Shown here piece by piece: positions 18,420 to 29,400 of a DNA stretch of 64,000 bases; the stretch's first letter is position 1; every line of letters begins with the position of its first letter. The notes under the pieces were generated by a model. The model saw only the letters and a list, made by a program, of their open reading frames with translations, was not told the origin of the DNA and searched no databases. This stretch comes from Barthelona sp. PCE. Taxonomy: Eukaryota. The stretch is taken from positions 124,001 to 188,000 of the forward strand of contig JAUFOR010000001.1 of assembly GCA_040285745.1 (NCBI GenBank), read 5' to 3'. The translations under genes and the position numbers were made by a program.

Positions 18420-20031
18420 TTCTGAATTTACGTCCTCCAGCGCTTCTAGCTCTTTGTTTCGTTGAGCTACCTCGACTTACAATAGGTGTGGGCTCGAAAT
18501 CCCAACTAAACAGTTCGCTTTCGTGTTTCACCTTCAGTTTTGGATGACGCCTTTGCCGAGTCGTTTTTGGTCTTTTTGGTTTTGGTTTTGGTATAGTAGT
18601 GTCATCCTTTGCCTGTTCTTCCACATTTAATTGATGTAAATCATCCTGTAACGTTTTATAATTCACCTGATCTAGATTCAGATCAAAAACAGTACTAATA
18701 ACGTCATGCATCTCTGTGGCACTTTGCTGCTTCAAATACTCCCCTTTGAGCACGCTGGTGTCCATGAGAGTTGACAATGCATCGATATCCTTGACTGACA
18801 ACCCACCCAATGGGTCGATGTTCTCCATCAACTTCATCTTCTCTAACTCACGTGCAATCGCCTCTTTCTCCTCATCTGCATCGTCCTTGGTTTGTAGCAT
18901 TGCCTCTATTTCCCCTTCAATATCACGAGTTCGAGTTAATCCTTTTACGTCATAAAAGGTATCAATCTCTGTCAATTGCGGGATTGGGGCGGTGGTGGGC
19001 AGCTCTGGAGCAGGTTCTGGATCAGGAATTTCATCAGGAAGTGCTTGTTTTAAACATCTTCGTCTTTTCTCAATGACTGTTAGTAGGTCCTCGTAGTAAT
19101 GACTGATTCCAAAGTGGTTTTCAATCGCTGTGGGGAGTTTTGTGCTTTCACGATGCACTGCACATCCATGAGGTACGTATTTCTCAACAACCTGAAAAGT
19201 ATCCTCATCAGCAATCAAATTCAGCAAAGAAGAGTATAATAGATCTGAAAAATCAATGTCTGGCGTGAAAATGCAGCCTGTAAGGTCTAAATCCTGCAGA
19301 GCTGGAAGATTTTGTAAAAAGCTAAACGTTGTGATTTCTCGGTCATTAAGCTGTAGACTTATAAGTGATGGGAGATGCGGCATTGTTCCTAGATCACACT
19401 CGCTACTTGCCAAGTTCAAAAAATTTAACTTTGCAAGAGTGTGTAAATCTTGTAGCGAAGAAAAGTTGGTATGAGCCATAGACAGGTCGATGAGGGAGTT
19501 CATCTCACGCCACGGGTCGACCCCCATGGTGAATGGATTGCCATCGAGCGATAGACTCTCCAAGTTTGGTAATGTGAGTGATGCTATACTGTGCAATTTT
19601 GTCATTGAAAGATCAAGCTTTCGCATTTTTAGCCTCGCTTTCCAGCGCATGACGTCCATAGGAACGATTGATAAATCACAATTAGTGATACAGAGCTCTT
19701 GAAGATCACGAAATTCTTTAATAAAATCAATGGAATCAAGCTCATTATTCATAGACACAAATACACGTAGCTTTGGGAGGGATTTGGGCAATTCAGGATC
19801 GATAGACGTGATATTTGATTTAGATATATTAAAAAACAATAGTTCCCTATGTATATCCCCAATTTCAACTCTTCCAAAGTCATTGAAGCACGCACGAAGC
19901 TTCTTGAGCTTAGGAAATTCTTTTAAAAATTGGAAATCACGTAACTGACAGTTATTTAATTCCAATTCCTTTAGTTCTTCGTAATTGCCATCAACTTTGT
20001 CCCTAATCCGTGCTATAATCTCCGTTTGCAT
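18400..20031 (-). CDS. Leucine-rich repeat protein with charged C-terminal tail
   Basis: About 11 LxxLxLxxN/C repeats (LKELELNNCQL, LQELCITNCDL, LESLSLDGNPF, LQDLDLTGC). ATG at 20031. The 3' end overlaps ELMOD by 20 nt. Confidence 0.85.
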   Translation of the reverse strand: MQTEIIARIRDKVDGNYEELKELELNNCQLRDFQFLKEFPKLKKLRACFNDFGRVEIGDIHRELLFFNISKSNITSIDPELPKSLPKLRVFVSMNNELDSIDFIKEFRDLQELCITNCDLSIVPMDVMRWKARLKMRKLDLSMTKLHSIASLTLPNLESLSLDGNPFTMGVDPWREMNSLIDLSMAHTNFSSLQDLHTLAKLNFLNLASSECDLGTMPHLPSLISLQLNDREITTFSFLQNLPALQDLDLTGCIFTPDIDFSDLLYSSLLNLIADEDTFQVVEKYVPHGCAVHRESTKLPTAIENHFGISHYYEDLLTVIEKRRRCLKQALPDEIPDPEPAPELPTTAPIPQLTEIDTFYDVKGLTRTRDIEGEIEAMLQTKDDADEEKEAIARELEKMKLMENIDPLGGLSVKDIDALSTLMDTSVLKGEYLKQQSATEMHDVISTVFDLNLDQVNYKTLQDDLHQLNVEEQAKDDTTIPKPKPKRPKTTRQRRHPKLKVKHESELFSWDFEPTPIVSRGSSTKQRARSAGGRKFRTKSDPG

Positions 20032-20103
20032 GCAAAATTGAGCGATTTTCAATCGGCTTGAAAATCCGCAAAAAAGGTAAAACAATCACCTATTTATTAT
20101 AAA

Positions 20104-21087
20104 TCAACAATCCTTCATCAGAACACGTGTTTCATCGATAAAAATTACCCGTGAATCGCTGGTTATCCGTAATCCTTCACAATGCATTGAGGTACCACTA
20201 TAGTGTTCTGCAATACAATTTTCATCAACATCCCACTTGTAAATACGTCCACACTCAGTACCAGCAAACACAATATTATTGTCCAACATAGTTAAACATG
20301 TAATATTAGCAGGTAGCTCAACTCTGTTTCCTGAACTGTGGTATATCACTGCCTGACTGCAATAAACATATGAATCCATTGCAAACGCGCATGTTGTGAC
20401 GCCTGCAGCCTCTATCACTTCCGATGAGAAATCAGAAATATTCCATCTCATTAATCCACCGTCTTTTAAAAGTGTGAGTACATGTGACTGAGACTGGTTG
20501 GGGTACATGAACTCCGCGTCCTTCAACACCGAAGGGATACCTCTTACAGTTTTTGATCGTAAGTCGATTACGCGCATCTTCTGCCCATCACACGCTACTG
20601 CGATCTCGGTACAAGTTGGATTAAAACAAAGACCATTGACAAACAGTGGCCCTTTCAGCGTCGATTCAATCGTGTGAATTGAATGCGAACAATATTTGTT
20701 TCGGTTCAGCTTAAAAACGCAAACTTTTGATATTGATGCACATGCAATGAACTGACCGTTAGCGGAGTATGTAACAAGGTCCGGCCAGCTACAGACTCCA
20801 TGAGGGAGAGCTATTATGGACTGTTTTTCAAAATTCTCAGATGAGTAAATCCAGAGCTCATTCTCAAGCGCAATACAGAATTCACTTTTGGTGGGGTGGA
20901 ACGCAAGAGACTCTGTTCTGGGCAGTGTGACGGTACTGTTATTCCCATGGTTGTATACATCGAAAATGTAAGTATTTGAGTTTTCTACAACTGCGAATAG
21001 GGATCCTTGGGGGCTTAGCGCTACTTCATTAACCTGTAAATCCCCCAATTCCCCCTCGTATAAAGGAGTAAAACCGCCCAAACTCAT
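20104..21087 (-). CDS. WD40-repeat beta-propeller protein
   Basis: Repeats such as VNEVALSPQGSLFAV, SLAFHPT, VNGLCFNPTCTEIAVACDG and VFAGTECGRIYKWDV. Confidence 0.75.
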   Translation of the reverse strand: MSLGGFTPLYEGELGDLQVNEVALSPQGSLFAVVENSNTYIFDVYNHGNNSTVTLPRTESLAFHPTKSEFCIALENELWIYSSENFEKQSIIALPHGVCSWPDLVTYSANGQFIACASISKVCVFKLNRNKYCSHSIHTIESTLKGPLFVNGLCFNPTCTEIAVACDGQKMRVIDLRSKTVRGIPSVLKDAEFMYPNQSQSHVLTLLKDGGLMRWNISDFSSEVIEAAGVTTCAFAMDSYVYCSQAVIYHSSGNRVELPANITCLTMLDNNIVFAGTECGRIYKWDVDENCIAEHYSGTSMHCEGLRITSDSRVIFIDETRVLMKDC

Positions 21088-21240
21088 AGAAAGAGGTAAT
21101 TTTGTGGAAAGCAGGAATGTCGATTGATAATCAGGTTACAGGGTATATGTATCTTTATCGTCTCAAAAAAGAAGATGAGAGTAAATTTATTGGATTACAG
21201 TTGTTAACCAATATTTAACCCTTATTCAGAAATTTTATAG

Positions 21241-21471
21241 ATGAAAGTACGTGTTAAAACAGTGTCAAATGACATTTTTGAGGTCAACTGCGAAGCTACA
21301 AATACTATTGAGCAGTTTAAACGTAGAATAAGTGAAAATTTTCTGCTAGCTATCGATCAACAACGTCTCATTTTCGGTGGAAGGCCGTGTAGGGACACAG
21401 CAACACTGGAGAGCTTGAATATTAAAGCAGGTGAGACTTTGCATCTCATTGTTAGTTTGAGGGGAGCATAA
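21241..21471 (+). CDS. Ubiquitin/NEDD8-like protein, 76 aa, ending LRGA
   Basis: MKVRVKT...QQRLIFGGR...TLHLIVSLRGA-stop. Exact ubiquitin length and register. Confidence 0.85.
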   Translation: MKVRVKTVSNDIFEVNCEATNTIEQFKRRISENFLLAIDQQRLIFGGRPCRDTATLESLNIKAGETLHLIVSLRGA

Positions 21472-21483
21472 TAATTGTTTTCT

Positions 21484-23364
21484 TTATTTACGAGATCTGT
21501 CATACTTGTTAAATTCTTCTTGGTTTTTTGAAAGTTCAGCATAAATTGCCTTCTGCTCTTTTTCGAACTTCTTCTTTGTCTGTTGAATTTTTTTGAACTT
21601 TTCACGTTGGATAAACTCTGTATCACGCTTGAGCTCCTTGATAGTGCGTTTTGTAACGCGTTTAAGAGCCTTCTTTAACCTCTGTTCTTCAGTCTTGCGT
21701 TCCTTCATCTCTTCAACTGAACCATAGTTATCTTTGATGACAGGAATCTTACTAGGGATAGGGATAGGCTTGAATGTTTGATATGTTAACGGTTTCCTTG
21801 TTATTTGGGTGAGTTTCAACCATTTTCCAATTTGATTCTGTTGATCAACAAATAAATAATCGTTAACACCCTTTGAGATGAGATAATTGAAAGTAGAAAG
21901 ACGGTAGACAGACATGAACTCGAATACTAATTCACGAGTTGCAATAGCAATAAACCTTGAATCTTTAAAGCGCTTGAAAAGCATGGTAGGGCTAAGCTTC
22001 TTCTTTGTATCCCGCTCCTCCTCGGTTACCTCTGAAACATCCAATGGTAGTAACTTGAGCAGCTTCTTCAATCCACAGTAAAGATCTGGAGAAAAGAACT
22101 TGGCTTCTGAGATGGACTTGAGCAACAAAGAGCACATGCAATAGAGGCGAAGCAGCTCAGGGACGTTGTCAGCTGACCATTTATAGTGCGCAATAAACTG
22201 AGATATCATCAGATACGTGACCGAATACACTGATGATCTTTGCTTTTCTGAAGGGATTGGGAACACACTGAGAGCAATAATGCATGCAACAACAAACGTA
22301 ACCTTTGGTTTCTTGAAGCTCTTTATGAAATCTACAAGATGCGAAGAACCATACTGTAGAAAGTGTGCGAGAACTGGAAGGAGGTGCAAAATCCGAATAA
22401 TGTCACGTGCCTTCATCAACAGAACTATGCGGTCCCACACAACCTGACTGACATCGATCATCTTCGTAGTATCACCTTTGTTAAGATCAGGATGAACATT
22501 CAGGTGGACCTGCTCCAATAACGCCTTTTCTTCCAGCTCTGATCGGCCGACGCCCAATAGTGCCATATACTGATCAATGGATTCAGGCACGTTGATGATA
22601 CCAACATCCTCTAACTGCTGACGGAGCTCTTGCTTCTTACTCATATTGATACGGGGCAGCAGTTTTCTCTCCATGCTGAACTGCTGTGCTTGTAGATCGT
22701 ACTCATCCATCTCACCATGGCCACCATTAGAACTCTGTCGCATTGGTAGTACACTCATCTCTTTCATGAGCTCTTCAAACGTATCGTTAAGTTCCATTGT
22801 CATTTCAAGGTTGTTCTCACTCTGCTGACGCTCCTTAGTACGCTGCTGTTTAGAACGAGCAATGATTTCATCGAAGATTTCTTCTTTAGTGCGAATACGA
22901 TTGAGAGGAACATCAACGTTTTCTTTTGCATCTGGAAGTGCAACATCATCCTGCATGGGTGTTTTTTGCTGCTTGAGCGCAAACTCGGAAGCTTGATTCT
23001 GCTTACGAAGGTTTTTTGATGTTCTTTTACGACCCTGTGTACGTTTATCAACAAGGAATTGAATAAGACGATCTTCCTTGTCCTGCTCCATTTGGCGCGG
23101 ATCAGGTGCCTGTTCGTACTCATCATCATCATATTCCTGCATCTCTTGCCCAGAAACAAAGACATTTTGTGATTCTATCTCATTCCTGTGCTTTTTTAGC
23201 ACTGTGCGGGCAGCCATGTGGTCCCCATGCGCCTTTCTTACCTGTGACGTGTTTCTATTTAAGACGTCTGACTTGGAACGTTGTCTGATTCTGTTGAACG
23301 CTGTCTCAAGACGGTTATTATCCCGGTTACGGTTCACTCCTGCCTGCTTTCGTCGAGGGGGCAT
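21484..23364 (-). CDS. NOP14: Nucleolar protein 14 (SSU processome)
   Basis: RTKEEIFDEIIARSK...ERQ, 'DEYD', 'FFSPD', 'KPL....KPIPIPSKIP' and C-terminal 'KRTIKELKRDTEFI.RE' match Nop14 hallmarks. Confidence 0.85.
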   Translation of the reverse strand: MPPRRKQAGVNRNRDNNRLETAFNRIRQRSKSDVLNRNTSQVRKAHGDHMAARTVLKKHRNEIESQNVFVSGQEMQEYDDDEYEQAPDPRQMEQDKEDRLIQFLVDKRTQGRKRTSKNLRKQNQASEFALKQQKTPMQDDVALPDAKENVDVPLNRIRTKEEIFDEIIARSKQQRTKERQQSENNLEMTMELNDTFEELMKEMSVLPMRQSSNGGHGEMDEYDLQAQQFSMERKLLPRINMSKKQELRQQLEDVGIINVPESIDQYMALLGVGRSELEEKALLEQVHLNVHPDLNKGDTTKMIDVSQVVWDRIVLLMKARDIIRILHLLPVLAHFLQYGSSHLVDFIKSFKKPKVTFVVACIIALSVFPIPSEKQRSSVYSVTYLMISQFIAHYKWSADNVPELLRLYCMCSLLLKSISEAKFFSPDLYCGLKKLLKLLPLDVSEVTEEERDTKKKLSPTMLFKRFKDSRFIAIATRELVFEFMSVYRLSTFNYLISKGVNDYLFVDQQNQIGKWLKLTQITRKPLTYQTFKPIPIPSKIPVIKDNYGSVEEMKERKTEEQRLKKALKRVTKRTIKELKRDTEFIQREKFKKIQQTKKKFEKEQKAIYAELSKNQEEFNKYDRSRK

Positions 23365-23479
23365 ATCAAAAAGTGTGTATTAGTGTGTAAAGGATTAAGT
23401 TTTGATTTGCATCCCATTTTACATATTTATTCCTTTTCTTACAAGGTTTATCATGTTTTTTCGATAAAAAATTGCATTG

Positions 23480-26400
23480 ATGAGGGATTTTTTACTACTG
23501 CTTTACGTTTTGCACATTTTATGTGCATTTCTCCTTTGCATGGCATCACCAGGAAGTTTTAATTACGAAGCAATGTCCTTGGAACTGGGGTTTCCACGGA
23601 CACAGATTGTTGATATGATTTGGGCAGGTGTAGGCCAAGAATATTTGCTTATGTATCGAAGCACGGGTCAGTTTACCGTTTATAAGTTTTTACCAGCGCA
23701 CGACAACGCAACGCTCGAGTTGGAATACGAATTTGATAGTTTTGAATACACAGACATTAAACGAATATATTTTTTCACAACTGAAGAATCCAACTCACCA
23801 GGTGTTTGTAAGATGGATACGAATTGTGTTAATTGTTTCAGAGTCAGCAGGGTAGCAGGTAATGATTGGAGAGTAGATGAAATATTTGGAGTTAGTACCC
23901 AGTGTATGACAACTTCTGTAGCAGCAAAGTATTCACAGAGAGTGATGTCAGGGGATTTGTATGATAGTATTGTACCGTATGCGTTCGACGCTGGATTTAT
24001 TGCATATAAATATGGAGGTTTGAAGGTGGCTTGGTACCACATTGTAGATGATGACATTGAAGAATATTCGTTCACACCTTCTGATTATTACCGTTCAAGC
24101 AATATTGGTAATCGTATGTGCGTTTGTTATTCGGACGGGGATGGATCAGGAAATATCGGTTGTGATGAGGGACATTGGAATTCCAGAGATTGGACAGGTG
24201 AAACTAATTTTAATAGCGGTAATATTGTTGGTTATTGGTCAAAAACTAAGGCACATCATTTTATTTTGGTGGAGCCAACGGGAACGGCGAACAGGTTCAA
24301 AGTTGGGTATCGTAACACAGGTGATACATGTGATGCTTCTGAAATGGCCGCCGCAGCACTTTTAGAAAAAACTATCGATTTCGGTGCTAGACCTCATTGT
24401 GACCTTGATCCGAACTCAATGAAGCTTGTGTGCTTCGATGGTTCTTCAATATTTGTATGTAACACAGCAGTATCATCATGTACAGTTAAGAATTTGTATT
24501 TTTTACAGTACCCGATTGTCGATGTTGAAATTCACCGTGGTGGAAAGCTGGCAGTTATGACGGAGGCCCTTGAAGAAAATAAGGGTTTCTTGTTTATTTA
24601 CAAGGATGGAATCGATACTGCAAATTCTGAAGTGGTGGCATATGAATTAGGATTCTATGGAAAAATTAGATTTTCACCTGATGATGAAGGTGTTATAATA
24701 TATTGTTCGACAACTCATTCCTCAGGCACGACAACTTTATATGGAATATTTTACCAGGTCAGCCCCACAATACAAATAATACTTTACAAAACATTCTCAG
24801 GAGATTTAAAAGCTGTTGAAGTGGGGCCAATGGGAAATCTAGTTTACATCATCACATTTTATATGACTAATTCAATGTTGCAGTCAGTTCAAGTCGCAGA
24901 CAGACCCATACCAGTCGGATACGCTCAAGGTAAATTCATATACACCCAGCAGCATATGAATGCACAGTTTGGTGTTGTTGGTGTGGGTACTATTACTAGC
25001 AACGATTTCGCGGATTTTCAGATATTACCGCAATTGGGCGTATCTTTTCAAGCATGGGGTGGTGATATTTGGATTGGTGCATCATACGCTAACACAGCTT
25101 ATTATGCGTCAACTGTAACTCACTCATATATTTTTTCAAAATTTTCAATTTCAGGAACAACGTTATCGTATTCAGATCAGCGTGTTCTTGTTCTTGATGA
25201 CTGGAATTATGACGATTGGTACACACCTCAAATTGAATTTTTCTCCCATTGCGGTTATTACGATGATCGCACTTACAATTTTCATTGCTACGTATATTGT
25301 GATATTTGTTCCTATAAGTTAATGGTCCTCGAGGCCAATAGTGAAGCGACATCAGGTTCAACAGATTCACAGTTTTCGTCATCTGATTACAAGTTCGGTC
25401 TGGACATTTTGGATTCGAATGGAATGATAACGTTCAAAGAAACAGGGGCCAGATTGTATCACGCCGATAGTTATACGAATACACCGAATTGGGGAGCTGT
25501 ATATCCTGAATTTGGAAGGAATCTGCGGCTAAAGATAATATGCCATAAAACAAACACCTTACCTATGAGCGCAGATAGTAGTTTGCTACACTTCTTTTAC
25601 GAGAGCAGCCCGATCTTAAAATCCGTGTCGCAATCATACCCAACGATGAGTATTAACGAGGAGTTGGTTTCCCAAACATTTTTCTACTGCGACAGTGGTG
25701 TTAAAGATTATTTGTCCGTGACTTGCCCTGATGTATCATGCTTGTTTACAACTATCCCGGGAAGTTTATGTGAAGTTGTGTATCGAACTGAAGGGTTCCT
25801 CCAATCATTTACCATGGATATTGTTGGGGTACCGGATATAGGTAGTGTGTCATTTGTTGCAGGTGATCAAGAAAAGGTAACTATTCGTGGTGCCAACTGG
25901 GGTCATAATCAGTTCAGGCATGTTATTAAGGTGGGTTATCTTGACGGTGCAATCTTAAATTATGTCGGGGTTGAAGTTATTAATCATGTGAGCGGAGCTG
26001 TTTTTGATGTGACAGTGCCGTATGACTGTGACGCCCGCGATCTTGCATTCGTGAGATATGTGGGTACCGAAAACACAAACATTACGTTTCCAGAACAGGC
26101 TCTGATTGGAAGTTCACCATCATTTAGTGCATCAAGCACTGCTTTGGGAACCCAGGTTTCGTTGATCGGAAATGCGGTCAGTATAGGTTGCTCTTTGTAT
26201 ATGCGCTGTAATGACGTTGATTATGATCTGTTTTGGTCTGCAACAACGAACGGCTATCGTACAAAAATTGGAATATACAGCGGTTCAAAAGACAGCCAGG
26301 TGACATGCCATGTGAGAGCTGGTTATCTTAAAGTTTCAACTGGAAGTTTTCAGTTTTCGCTGATAGGGTATACTATATCAGTTGATCCTATTGATATGTA

Positions 26401-29400
26401 TCCGACATCGGTGTTTGTCACATCATCTTTCTACAAAATGGCAAATGTCAATCATGGGCTGAGTCTTGCTGTTGCAGGAATTGTGTATCCACTTGTTATT
26501 GTTGATAATACACGAGCTTATGCTAATGTTACCGGTCATGATGGCACATCGTTACAGAATGTATACCTGATTAAAGACGGTGTAATGGAAAGCACACAAT
26601 CGATCAACGTGGGGAGAGTTGCATTTACTTTAGAACAGCCTACATCCGGCTGTATACAGTTGTCACCAACATACACCATCACGGTCACTTCAGGATGGTT
26701 CACATCGGGTTATAGTGCTGACATTGAAGGGTGTGCAACAAGTATGGGGCCTGGTGAGGCTGACAATACTTTTGAAGTTGAGCTGAAAAAATCTTGTCTA
26801 CAGTTTTTATCATCAGCTGAAATCACAATCGTTCGTGATACTGATGGCGAAAGTGACAGTTTTACGCTTGATTTCTGTCATGTTATTGATGCGGTTGAGA
26901 AAGACTCTGATTCTGGCCAAGTTTTGTTTACTGTGCATAGAAATGCTGCCGCAAGTGCATTGTCATCAACTGCCAATGTCTATATTAAAGAGGTTGATAG
27001 TGAGAAAATGCACGCATGTGTCAACGTGCAGCGTATTTTGAACGGTCTGATTACCTCTTATAAGTGCGATGGAGGAATTAATATATGTCAACCGACATGG
27101 GTTGTGTTATCAATTGATGATGTGACGACAACCGCAGTTTTTCTAGACGATGTTTTGAACCCTACTTTTGTTGAAATGGCGGAATCAGTCCCTAATCAAA
27201 GCAATATTTTTAGGATAAGAATTATTGGCCCTCCTTCTTGCACATATAGGTACCTTCACCCTTCAGAAGGGCTCAAGACATGTAGCTATGTTGGAGGTCT
27301 GTTGATACTTGAACCTGTGCTTTGGGATTGTGCATCGACAAGAAATGTGACAATTCAGGTGGGTACACTATCGCAATCCGAGATTGTTGCAGAGCAGAAT
27401 CATGATCTCACGATAGATCCTGTGATTTTACCGCTGAATGGAGGTACTGTAACAGTGAACGGAAGGTTTTTTGTTATTAATTCCCAAGTTTCAAGTGTGG
27501 ATATCGAGCACTATGATGGTGAAGGCAGCTCATTAAATTGGTCTCCTATCAATAATTATATTGCAGACATTACATCAGTTCCATCATATTTCGGGTCTGC
27601 TAACATAACAATGACGTATTGTGGGCAAGAGCATAAGTTTCCAGTGTCATATGCTAAACCGGTGATATCAAAAGCAAGATGTGGGACTTTATCAGCCTCT
27701 GGCTCTGATTCATTCTTCTACATTGAAGGCACAGATTTGCCCAATGTGTTCAATCATACAGGTGTTGACTCCGATTTTACGTCAAATGGTGAAGTGTCAG
27801 ACGCTGAAGGAAAAGCAGTGTTGTCAAGTACATCGATTAAATTACCGTATTTTATAACCGATCCGCCAACTGATTTTTTTAATATTAAGGTCATTTCAGG
27901 CGATTTGTTTTCAGATGAATTTCCCTACTATTTTGCATGTCCTGCAGTAGAAACTGTTATCTGGGATTCGTTATATAGTGTTGCATTTGTTATGCTTTCT
28001 TCTTCATCTCCTTCAACAAGTGATGTTTCTGATGTTAAGTGTATGTTGCAGAGTGGCAGTAGTTATGTTAGTGTTCCATTTACTATATATGCTGCAGATG
28101 TCATTGAGTTGACTCGGCTCAACACCTGTACCCCCGAGACTTCATGTAAGATCATATTTAATGGTATTTTATCATCTAGTGGTGACGAAGGCATTGCTTT
28201 CACTGTTTCTGAACCAGTGCAAACAATTGAATTTGAGGGAACGACCCTCCCCAGTAGCGCTGGGTCTTGGGCAGCAGAGTATACTGTTGGTTACACGCCA
28301 ACTTCTTGGCAGGCCTCAAACTGTATTGTTAGTATAAAGTATGAGGGGAATTATGCAACTATAGCAAACACTAATTATGCAACTGGTCGTGTCACAACGG
28401 GTACATCTTCTCTAGTGTGTTTCAATGCGACAAAAACAACTATCAAAACAGAATACTGCATTGGCACGACATGTGCTGAGACTGAAATACCCAAACTGAT
28501 TTTTGTGGATCCTCACGTCAGCACAATAAGCCGCAGTGGTGGAACTGCATCTCTTTCCTTTAGCTTTGAGGCATACCCAGGAGCTTTCCGAAACTTTACT
28601 TTTGGGAATGTTATTGGAGTCGAGGGTGAGGCGTACAAGTTCACATTTGGCAGCATGACTGAGAATGATCCAACGGCCATGCTTAGTGTATGTGGTGTTT
28701 CAACAGAGATTACACCATCGTTCACAGATCCAGTGTTTTACCCGGTGAGTTGTACACATAAAGGAAATGAAGTTATGATTTCTGGCGACTCTTTTTTTCC
28801 GGTAGAAACGCCTCTCACATTTGACGGGCCATGTTTTGGATCGTACACGGTTTTATCATGGGGTATCACACAGATTAAAGTTAGATTTGATGATTTTGAT
28901 GTGAACAATGGTTCATCATGCTCAGGATCAATGCAGGGTGTTACTGTTTCTGATCGATACAATGGCATTGTCATCCCTGTTTGCCCATTCTTACATTCTG
29001 TCACCATTAATGGTGATTTGTTAATCATAGAAGGTTTGAATTTTGGTGATTTGAACGATTTATTGAAGATTAGCTGTGAATTTAGTCCTGCTGAAGAGGG
29101 TGAAGTTGTAATACCAATTATATGTCCTGTAGTTGATGTTCCCTTGGTCGGATACCAGAAGATTCAGTGTCCTTCATTTAATGCTGACTGTTCAAATAAG
29201 ACATGTCACGTTGAAGATGTGACTGGTGCATCGTCGCTGCCAAAGGTAGCTGATTTCGTTCTGGAGATGATTGAGGTTCCGGATTCTCTCCCATCTTCAA
29301 AGAATATGAGGGTTTCCTCGCTTCCTACACAAAGTTGTAATGAAAAGTACACGCTGAACGGCGCCATTACACACTTTTCAACAATGGGTGGCAAAGGATT

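Noticed and set aside
12993-21087. Ciliary gene cluster (IFT172, ELMOD, LRR, WD40)
   Set aside because: Only IFT172 is certainly ciliary, and ciliary genes are numerous in flagellate genomes, so adjacency is expected by chance.
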